Below are positions 1 to 6,930 of a stretch of 64,000 nucleotides of DNA, one piece after another; within the stretch, counting starts at the first letter, position 1; each line of letters begins with the position of its first letter. Below the pieces are notes generated by a model. That model saw only the letters and a program-made list of their open reading frames with translations, did not search any database and had not been told where the DNA came from. Position numbers and translations under genes: made by a program. The DNA is from an uncultured Planctomycetaceae bacterium (GTDB lineage: Bacteria; Planctomycetota; UBA1135; GCA-002686595). The stretch spans positions 81,673-145,672 of the forward strand of contig CAZQAT010000001.1 in assembly GCA_964591315.1 (NCBI GenBank). The letters are read 5' to 3'.

Positions 1-1
1 C

Positions 2-508
2 TACCGAAGGCTCGGGAAGCCGCGGCTCCAGCAGCTCGCGGTTCTCGTCCTGTTTGCCGCGAGCCAGTTGCTCGTCGGCGCGCACCACGCCTTCGAGGAG
101 CACACCCTCTGCCCGGTCGACGGTCAGTGGGCCCACGGGGCGCACGAGCACGCCACGGCCTGCTGCCCGGTCGAAGAGGCCGAGACGGCCTGCTCCGACG
201 AGGAGTGCTCGGGAGGGGCCTGCGAGCTCCCCTTGGCCGCTCCCGGGGACGAGGAAGGGGAGCACGCCTCCCACTGCTCGGTGCCGACGCTCCGAGAGCT
301 CCGGCTGGTCGACTGGACACCACCGCCGGCTCTCGAAGTCGCGGCGGTCCGCGCCCTCGAGCCGGTGGCCCTGCGCGCTCAGGTTCGCGGGCCCCGTGAG
401 GAGCTGTATCGACTCGCACCCAAGAACTCGCCCCCCGCGGCGCGCTCCCTCTGCTCGACGGTCCTCCGTCGGGCGAACCGAGAGCGGCCGCACATGTCAG
501 AGGCGTAG
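2..508 (+). CDS. His/Cys-rich protein with a hydrophobic N-terminal segment; 5' end lies outside the window (partial)
   Basis: The frame is open from nt 2 with very strong GC3 bias and no in-frame start before the TTG at 68. It reads LQQLAVLVLFAASQLLVG (TM/signal-like), then HHAFEEHTLCPVDGQWAHGAHEHATACCPVEEAETACSDEECSGGACE. The stop is at 506-508. Confidence 0.4.
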   Translation, partial: YRRLGKPRLQQLAVLVLFAASQLLVGAHHAFEEHTLCPVDGQWAHGAHEHATACCPVEEAETACSDEECSGGACELPLAAPGDEEGEHASHCSVPTLRELRLVDWTPPPALEVAAVRALEPVALRAQVRGPREELYRLAPKNSPPAARSLCSTVLRRANRERPHMSEA

Positions 509-618
509 CGACTTCAGGGCTCCAGGTCCGATACCGGACAGGCCCGGAGAGTCGTGAACCCGTGGGCATGGGCTGCTCTGCACCCATCCCCACGATCCAC
601 GACTCACCCTGACTGTCC

Positions 619-1233
619 ATGCAATGCCCCCAACACCCGACCCATCACAGACCGACGAATCACCAGCCGCCCGAGAGACCGGGCGCTCCGGACCACCCCC
701 GTCCCCGACGGGGCTTCGACAGCCCCGAGGACTTCAATCGACGGGTCGAGCCCCACCTCCCGCGCATGTTCCAGGTGGCGCGCGCGGTCCTCTCGAGCGA
801 TGACCTCGCCTGGGACGCAGTCCAGGAGACCCTGCTGCGCATCTGGGTCGCGGGCTGGCTCCCCGACGAGCCCACCGGCGCTCTGGTGAAGCTCGTCCAG
901 GCGTCCAGCTTGCATCAGCGGCGCTGCGCATCGAGGCGCCGGCGCCACGAGCTGCTCTCGGAGCCCCAGGGCAAGGTCTGTTGCGAGGAGGATCCGCTCG
1001 CCTTCCTGGAGCAGAACGAGCGGGCGGCGGCCGTGCGTGCGGCCGTCCAGACGATGCCCCTCGACTTCCGCCGGGTCCTGGAGAAGTTCGAGTTCGACGG
1101 CGCGAGCTACCAGGAGATCGCGGCGGAGCTCGCGCTCCCGCTCGGGACCGTTCGCTCCCGCCTCAGCCGGGCGCGCGGGCTGGTCCGCAAGCAACTCCTG
1201 CGGGGGGGAGGGGAGAGCGTTGCGGCCTCCTGA
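619..1233 (+). CDS. ECF-type RNA polymerase sigma-70 family factor
   Basis: The region 2 signature is DLAWDAVQETLLRIW. The region 4 HTH is FEFDGASYQEIAAELALPLGTVRSRLSRARGLVRKQL. An unusual His/Pro-rich N-terminal extension of about 30 aa precedes them. Confidence 0.85.
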   Translation: MQCPQHPTHHRPTNHQPPERPGAPDHPRPRRGFDSPEDFNRRVEPHLPRMFQVARAVLSSDDLAWDAVQETLLRIWVAGWLPDEPTGALVKLVQASSLHQRRCASRRRRHELLSEPQGKVCCEEDPLAFLEQNERAAAVRAAVQTMPLDFRRVLEKFEFDGASYQEIAAELALPLGTVRSRLSRARGLVRKQLLRGGGESVAAS

Positions 1234-1440
1234 GTAGAAACCTCCGAGTTTCCGGGAACTCATCGCCGGCCGCCGGCATGAGACGGCTGGGAACCAAGCC
1301 CCTGGGGCTCACCGGGCTGCTATCGGAGAGCCACAGTGGGCGCATCTCGATTGATGAGCTTGTTTCTGAGCTCGCACGACTCTGCCGCAGCATCTGGATA
1401 GCACTCCACTTGAGGACTGCGGTCGGGCCCGTGCGACAAC

Positions 1441-1474
1441 GAGCCGGGGAGCCGTGACGGCGGCTCCCCGGCTC
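1441..1474 (+). terminator. Perfect 14-bp GC-rich inverted repeat (GAGCCGGGGAGCCG / CGGCTCCCCGGCTC, 6-nt loop) in the sigma-to-secreted-protein spacer
   Basis: The inverted repeat was read directly. It is followed by ACTTTCATCC, a weak T-tract. It could be a terminator or a 5'-UTR structure. Confidence 0.35.
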
Positions 1475-1630
1475 ACTTTCATCCGACCGATCACCTCATG
1501 GAGAGGCCGTCCGTGGGTTTCGCTGTGGAGCTGGGAACCCGGAGCGAGCGATGGGCATTCCCCGAGTGACCGCGGGGCGATGGTGCCACCGCGCTGGCTT
1601 GAACCAGGTCCGCTTCTCACTCATAGACCA

Positions 1631-3199
1631 ATGAACCTGCTCCGTTCGGCGAGTTTCGCCACCGTCATCACGCCTCTGCTCCTGAGCCCCAGCGCCTTTG
1701 CCCTCGACGAAGAGGAGGGCCTCTTTCCGATCTTCATCGTCGACGCGACCCACGACCAGGTGTACCGGGGGATCGACGGTGACGAGGACCGCACCTACAA
1801 CCAGGCCGGGGAGATGACCGTCTTCTACGACGACACCCTCGGGTCCCTGGACCTTGACACCCCGACCTCGCTCCACACGTCGCCGAACGACTTCCTCTTC
1901 ATCAGTGACAGCTCCCACCAGCGGATCGTCACGATGGAGGACCTGAACGACGACGGGACCTGCCACGACACCGGTGAGCACTTCGTCTTCGCGGACTCCA
2001 CCAACGCCTCCGGTGTCCCGCTGCCGAACCTGCGGAACGTCTACGTCCGCAACCTCGGGGAGCTGTGGGCCACGAGCTCGAACGCCGACATCACGGAGAG
2101 CGACGCGATCCTCTTCTTCAACGACGCGAACAACGACGGCGACGCGAATGACGCCGGCGAGGTCACGGAGTACTACATGATCGCGCCCGGCGGCGCCGTG
2201 AACGACAGCGACCCGACTGCGGTGATCCAGCACCCGGACGGGCTGGCCTACTACGTCGAGAACGGCAGCTCGGGCGCCATCGCGAAGGGCGTGTACTGCC
2301 TCGAGGACCTGAACAACAACGGCGTCATCGACGCGCCGCTCGAGGTCAGCCCCTACTACCTGCCCACGGGAACGGGCATGGAGCTGGTCGCCCTGGACGT
2401 GGACGAGGCGGGCGTGGTCTATCTCCTGGACAACGGCCTGGACCGGATCTTCCGCCTCGAGGACTCCAACATGGACGGCGTGATCACCCCGGGTAGCGAG
2501 GACTGCGTCTACTACACCGCCCCCTCGAGCCAGGACTCCCCCGACCTCTCCGTGTCGCTCGACGGTCACGAGCTGATGGCCCTGGAGATCGCCTCCCTGG
2601 ACCAGATGTGGCTGATGGAGGACGAGGACGACGACTGCAGCATCGTCCATGGCATCGAGCGCGCTGAGGCCTACAACGACGTCGGCGGGAGCGTCTCCTG
2701 GGGTGAGACCACGGGCATCGACTGGGACTTCCACGGCCACGAGGTGGTTGGCACCCCCTTCTGCTTCGCCGTGCGGGACCGCTGCCCCTGCTCCAACGAC
2801 TTCGGCTTCTCCGGCTGCGCCAACTCCACCGGTGGCGGCGCCATCCTCGAGGGCGAGGGGACCGCTTCGGTCTCCCTCGACGACCTGGCCTTCCACGCCG
2901 TCGGGATGCCCGCGGGCGTCTTCGCCGTCCTGTTCCAGGGCGACGCGATGGTCAACGGTGGTCTCGGCAACCCCTTCTTCGATGGCCTCTTCTGCGTGGA
3001 TACGAACATCCAGCGCCTGGGTGCCGAGCAGGTCAGCGCCGGCGGCGACGCCGAGTGGGGCCCGGGGCTGCTGGCCGGCCTGGGTGAGTGGTCCGTCGGT
3101 GAGACCAAGAACTTCCAGGTCTGGTACCGCGACGTGACCGGCCCCTGCGGCTCGGGCGCCAACACCACGAACGGGGTGAGCATCACCTTCGAGCAGTAG
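1631..3199 (+). CDS. Secreted protein with repeated Dx[DN]xDG calcium-loop-like motifs and a Cys-rich C-terminal domain
   Basis: I placed the start at the internal ATG because it gives a signal peptide, MNLLRSASFATVITPLLLSPSAFA. The repeats are DLNDDG, NDANNDGDANDAGE, DLNNNGVID and DSNMDGVITPG. The C-terminus reads RCPCSNDFGFSGCANSTGGGA...FQVWYRDVTGPCGSG. Confidence 0.7.
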   Translation: MNLLRSASFATVITPLLLSPSAFALDEEEGLFPIFIVDATHDQVYRGIDGDEDRTYNQAGEMTVFYDDTLGSLDLDTPTSLHTSPNDFLFISDSSHQRIVTMEDLNDDGTCHDTGEHFVFADSTNASGVPLPNLRNVYVRNLGELWATSSNADITESDAILFFNDANNDGDANDAGEVTEYYMIAPGGAVNDSDPTAVIQHPDGLAYYVENGSSGAIAKGVYCLEDLNNNGVIDAPLEVSPYYLPTGTGMELVALDVDEAGVVYLLDNGLDRIFRLEDSNMDGVITPGSEDCVYYTAPSSQDSPDLSVSLDGHELMALEIASLDQMWLMEDEDDDCSIVHGIERAEAYNDVGGSVSWGETTGIDWDFHGHEVVGTPFCFAVRDRCPCSNDFGFSGCANSTGGGAILEGEGTASVSLDDLAFHAVGMPAGVFAVLFQGDAMVNGGLGNPFFDGLFCVDTNIQRLGAEQVSAGGDAEWGPGLLAGLGEWSVGETKNFQVWYRDVTGPCGSGANTTNGVSITFEQ

Positions 3200-3221
3200 A
3201 GCTCTAGCAGGGCTCCAGTGC

Positions 3222-3253
3222 GGGGGGGTCGGGCGTTGGGGCCCGGTCCCCCC
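3222..3253. terminator. Imperfect GC-rich hairpin between convergent genes
   Basis: A GGGGGG..GGGC / GCCC..CCCCCC stem with one mismatch and one bulge, followed by ATTT. It lies between the stop at 3197-3199 (+) and the stop at 3266-3268 (-). Confidence 0.25.
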
Positions 3254-3265
3254 ATTTCGTGCCGC

Positions 3266-4306
3266 TCAGTCCGCTGGCGTCAGCTCCTCGCGGCAGAACT
3301 CCACGGCCTCGACCAGGCTCTTGGCCTCGTGGACACCGGTCACTGCGAGGCGTGCGATGCCCTCGCCTTCGAGGCCGAGCTCGAGGGTCTGACCGAGCTC
3401 GATGGCCTCGCTGCGGGAGATCTCGAGCTCGTCCTCCGCGACCAGCTCGCCGTGCGCGTCGAGGGCCCGCACCTGGAAGAGGATCAGGCGGTCGTTGAGG
3501 CCGGGGATCTGGTGTCCCGCCCGGTTGGCGACGCGCAAGACGACGCCGTCCTCGGTGCGCCGCGCGGAGAGCCCGAAGGCCTGGCGCAGGAAGCCCGGGT
3601 CGCGCGGGGTCTGCAGGGCGTGGCTGCGGCCCTTGCGGGGGGCGTACTCGGTCTTGCCTTCGGGGTCGTTGGCGATCGGCCGCTCGACCGGCGCCATGTG
3701 ACAGCCCACGCAGGAGAAGCCCCGCTCGCCGAGCTCCTCGTCGTCGAAGTCGCGGCCGATGCCGATCACCGGGCCCACGCTGCGAGAGTGGCAGGAGAGG
3801 CACAGCTCGTTGGAGCCGAGCTCGCTGAAGAGCTCGTCCTTCAAGCTGCCGTGGGCTTGCTGTTCCTCGCCCCAGGGGCCGTGGATCTCCCCGCCGGGGC
3901 CCAGGTGGCAGGTCAGGCAGTCGACCCCCCAGTGCACGTTCTCCGCGCGGGTCTTGGGCCGCTTCGTGATCCCCGCCACGAGCAAGGGCTCCGGGGCGTG
4001 GCAGGAGGTGCACTTGGACTTCTTGCGGATCTTGGCCAGCTCCTCCTGGTAGAGCTCCTCGTTCCAGGCCTGGCCGTGGCGGGTGCCGGCCCACTCGAGG
4101 GCGATCGTCCGGTGGCACTCCGCGCAGCTCTGCTCCTCCCAGGCGGGGTTGAGCTCGGTGGCCGGGCTCTCCGCGGGGGCGGGGGTCTCCAGCTTCCAGG
4201 CACGGCCCGGGAGCTCCTCCTCGGCCGCCCGTTGGGCGATGGCCACTCCGATGGCGCCCAGGGCGATGGCCAGACCGGGGGCGAGGCGAACGAAGGTGGG
4301 GGGCAC
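3266..4306 (-). CDS. Pentaheme c-type cytochrome, secreted or membrane-anchored
   Basis: There are five CXXCH motifs (CAECH, CTSCH, CLTCH, CLSCH, CVGCH). The N-terminal hydrophobic signal is MPPTFVRLAPGLAIALGAIGVAIAQ. Confidence 0.85.
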   Translation of the reverse strand: MPPTFVRLAPGLAIALGAIGVAIAQRAAEEELPGRAWKLETPAPAESPATELNPAWEEQSCAECHRTIALEWAGTRHGQAWNEELYQEELAKIRKKSKCTSCHAPEPLLVAGITKRPKTRAENVHWGVDCLTCHLGPGGEIHGPWGEEQQAHGSLKDELFSELGSNELCLSCHSRSVGPVIGIGRDFDDEELGERGFSCVGCHMAPVERPIANDPEGKTEYAPRKGRSHALQTPRDPGFLRQAFGLSARRTEDGVVLRVANRAGHQIPGLNDRLILFQVRALDAHGELVAEDELEISRSEAIELGQTLELGLEGEGIARLAVTGVHEAKSLVEAVEFCREELTPAD

Positions 4307-4325
4307 GGGCCGCCTGGGGCGCTCC

Positions 4326-4499
4326 CTACTTGTCGAAGATGTTCGTCTCGCTCGGGGAGAGCCGCTCGTCGACGCGCTCGACCGTCAGGTCGAGCTTGGA
4401 GAAGTCCAAGCCCTTGGTCTTGTCCGTGACCGTCTTCGTGGACTCGTCGCGGCGCTTCGAGGTCGGGTCCTGGGGAGTCTTGGTGTCGTCTTTCTTCAT
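4326..4499 (-). CDS. Small hydrophilic 57-aa protein; candidate precursor peptide of the adjacent radical SAM pair
   Basis: Translated by hand; not in the supplied track. ATG at 4499-4497, TAG at 4328-4326. Sequence: MKKDDTKTPQDPTSKRRDESTKTVTDKTKGLDFSKLDLTVERVDERLSPSETNIFDK. A GGAGGAG Shine-Dalgarno ends 4 nt before the ATG. GC3 bias is high. It lies 150 nt downstream of rSAM-1 and 19 nt upstream of the cytochrome gene, on the same strand. Confidence 0.5.
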   Translation of the reverse strand: MKKDDTKTPQDPTSKRRDESTKTVTDKTKGLDFSKLDLTVERVDERLSPSETNIFDK

Positions 4500-4650
4500 G
4501 ATCTCCTCCGAGTCGTAGACGCCGATTGGGCCACCTGAGTTCCGAGGGAGCTGGGGCTGATTGCGGCGCGCACCGACCCGGAACCCTCCGAGGGCCTGAG
4601 TCTAGCGGTCGCTGTACCCAGTTCCAGGGTCGCCCAGAGGTGGGAATTGG

Positions 4651-6930
4651 TCAAGGGGTCCAGCCCTGCGAGGCGGTTGCGAGGGGTCTGAGGACCCCCA
4701 GGCGGTGCAGCTCGCCCGCGAAGGTGTCCAGGCGGCCGAGGGCCTCGCGGCCGGCGGGCATGGCGGTGTCGATGGAGTCGCGCAGCTCCGCGAGGGAGCC
4801 GGCGTCCCGCAGGGCCTCCAGCGCCCGCAGGCCGTCGGGGCGCAGCTCGATGAACTCCGCCTCCTGGCCGGCGTAGATCAGGACGCTCTCGCGCGGCTCG
4901 AGGGCCGCCAGCTCGCGGGCCGCGATACGCGCGGCCTCGGCGTCGAAGGTGCCGGTCTGGTTCTCCGGCCGCGCGGCCAGGGCCAGGCGCGAGCGCAGGG
5001 TGCGGCGCGTCTCGCCGTGGCTGAAGGGGACCTCGATCACCTCCAGGTCGTCTCCCACGCCCAGGTCACCCCGGGCCCCGCGGGCGGTGCGGGCCTCTTC
5101 GCGCGCGCGGCAGGCGGCGCTGAACTCCGAGGGTGTGGCGCCCGCCGCCAGGTGAAGGAAGTAGTGGCTCTTCTGCATGAAGTAGAGCACGTTCTCCCCG
5201 TTGAAGATCGGCAGACAGGCCCGCAGGCGTGCCCGGGCCTCACCATGGAGGACCGCGGTCTCCTCCTGGCTCATGCCGGACTCCACGCTGTAGTCGTGGT
5301 ACAGCTGCAGGTCCGCCTCGGGGTCGTCGTGAATCGTGATCCCGTAGCGCTCGGGACAGCGGAAGACCTGGGCCACCTCGTCGATGTGGAAGGTCTGCAG
5401 GCTGACCTCCTGGATCGTGCCCGCGTGCTCCTCGATGAAGCGCAGGGTGGCCTCTGCTTCCTCCCGCGTCTCGGTGGGGAAACCGACCATCGCGTACCAG
5501 GTGACGCTGATGCCCGCGGCGTGGCAGGCCTCGGAGACGAAGGTCACGTCTTCCTTGGTCTGGCCCTTCTCCATCATCTGCAGGATGCGGGGCGTGACCG
5601 ACTCGAAGCCGAAGAGGAGCTTGCGGCAGCCGGCGTCGAACAGGAGTTGAGCCCCCCCGTCGTCGTAGGAGCGCCGCTCGACCTTCGCGTCGCAGGACCA
5701 GGTGATCCCGGCTCCGCGCTCGATCAGCTCCCGGGGCAGCTCGCGCAGGGTCGCCGGCGGCATGCAGTCGGTGATGAAGTAGAAGCGGGAGCGCCCGTGT
5801 CGCTCCTTGAGGGCCAGGATGTCGTCCACCATCTGGGTGATGCGCCGGGTGCGGAAGCCCGGGCCGATGACGGTGGGGAGGGTGCAGAAGGTGCACTCGG
5901 AGTAGTAGCAGCCCCGGTTGATGTCGTAGGGGATCACCACGTCCGGCGAGAAGTAGAGGTCCCAGGGCAGGTCCTCGAAGTCCGGGGTGGGCGCCTCGTC
6001 CAGGGAGACCGGGTGGCCGCGCAGGTTCGTCACGGGGACGGCTTCCGGTCCCGAGCGGTCGAGCCAGAAGAGGGAGCCGATCTCCGTCAGACCGCCCCCG
6101 TCCTCCGAGGGGGCGCCGTCCCGCAGGGTCCGGGCCAGGAGCTCGATCGGCCGCTCCCCCTCGTGCTCGACGATCGAGTCCAGGCAGGCGCCGATGCCCG
6201 GGGCGGCCATCAGCTTCTCGCCGATGTAGGCCAGGAAGCCGCCGCCCATGGTCACGTGGCAGTCGGGCAGCTCCTCCTTGATCATGCGACCCAGGCTCAG
6301 GGCCGGGATCAGCTGGCTGCCGTAGATCACGCTCATGCCCACCAGCCGGGGGCGGCGCGCCACCAGCCGCGGCAGCACCTGCGTTCGGAAGTAGGCGAGG
6401 TAGGGGTTCTCGGCCTCGTCCGTCGTCGCCGCCAGGACCTCCTCGGAGCGGTCGATGGCGTAGCGCATCGTGAAGTTGTGGGGCGTCAACGCCGTCGGGA
6501 AGTGGGCGGCGGAGACCAGGCGCAGGCCGTTGTAGATCGTGCGCAGCGCGGGCAGGTAGCGCTGCTCGTCGTAGAAGTCCTCGCCGCGCAGGACGGCCTT
6601 GGCGTCCTGGATGCGCTCGATCACCTGGCGCGCGCTGACCCGGGTCTCCACGGCGGCCCGGTAGGCGGCCATCTCATCGAAGGGCAGGCGGTCGCGTCCG
6701 CCGTAGCTCTCGACGTCGAGTCGCTCCTGGGCCCGCAGGGCCGCTCGCTCGAGGTAGGCGGGGGTCAGGAAGTGCTCGTAGGACTCGACCGAGAGGTCGA
6801 GCAGCTCCACGTCCTCGAAGCCTGCCCCCTGCAGCCAGGACTTCAGGCAGGGCAGGGCCAGGTAGGGCTGCGTGAAGTGCGCCTGGGGTGGGAAGATCAG
6901 GGTGATCGGGAAGTCGTCGCGCGAGCTCAT
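4651..6930 (-). CDS. B12-binding-domain radical SAM protein (class B-like) with a long C-terminal extension
   Basis: The N-terminal Rossmann-like B12-binding region reads ITLIFPP...LVGMSVIYGS...VTMGGG. The radical SAM cluster motif is RGCYYSECTFC (CX4CX2C). The extension ends in a wHTH-like segment, LRALEALRDAGSLAELRD...FAGELHRLGVL. The start overlaps the upstream stop (ATGA). Confidence 0.85.
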   Translation of the reverse strand: MSSRDDFPITLIFPPQAHFTQPYLALPCLKSWLQGAGFEDVELLDLSVESYEHFLTPAYLERAALRAQERLDVESYGGRDRLPFDEMAAYRAAVETRVSARQVIERIQDAKAVLRGEDFYDEQRYLPALRTIYNGLRLVSAAHFPTALTPHNFTMRYAIDRSEEVLAATTDEAENPYLAYFRTQVLPRLVARRPRLVGMSVIYGSQLIPALSLGRMIKEELPDCHVTMGGGFLAYIGEKLMAAPGIGACLDSIVEHEGERPIELLARTLRDGAPSEDGGGLTEIGSLFWLDRSGPEAVPVTNLRGHPVSLDEAPTPDFEDLPWDLYFSPDVVIPYDINRGCYYSECTFCTLPTVIGPGFRTRRITQMVDDILALKERHGRSRFYFITDCMPPATLRELPRELIERGAGITWSCDAKVERRSYDDGGAQLLFDAGCRKLLFGFESVTPRILQMMEKGQTKEDVTFVSEACHAAGISVTWYAMVGFPTETREEAEATLRFIEEHAGTIQEVSLQTFHIDEVAQVFRCPERYGITIHDDPEADLQLYHDYSVESGMSQEETAVLHGEARARLRACLPIFNGENVLYFMQKSHYFLHLAAGATPSEFSAACRAREEARTARGARGDLGVGDDLEVIEVPFSHGETRRTLRSRLALAARPENQTGTFDAEAARIAARELAALEPRESVLIYAGQEAEFIELRPDGLRALEALRDAGSLAELRDSIDTAMPAGREALGRLDTFAGELHRLGVLRPLATASQGWTP

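Noticed and set aside
1-499. A minus-strand frame open from about 496 to the left window edge.
   Set aside because: Its GC3 is mixed and its translation is R/G-rich and featureless. The plus-strand frame (2-508) has much stronger third-position GC bias and a coherent TM plus His/Cys-rich architecture. The call stays low-confidence because both frames run off the window.
1278-1457. A 59-aa ORF (MRRLGTKPLGLTG...) after the ECF sigma gene, considered as a possible anti-sigma factor.
   Set aside because: Codon usage is atypical for this genome (many A/T-ending codons). There is no TM segment or zinc-binding anti-sigma motif and no convincing Shine-Dalgarno. It is kept only as a note in the spacer finding.
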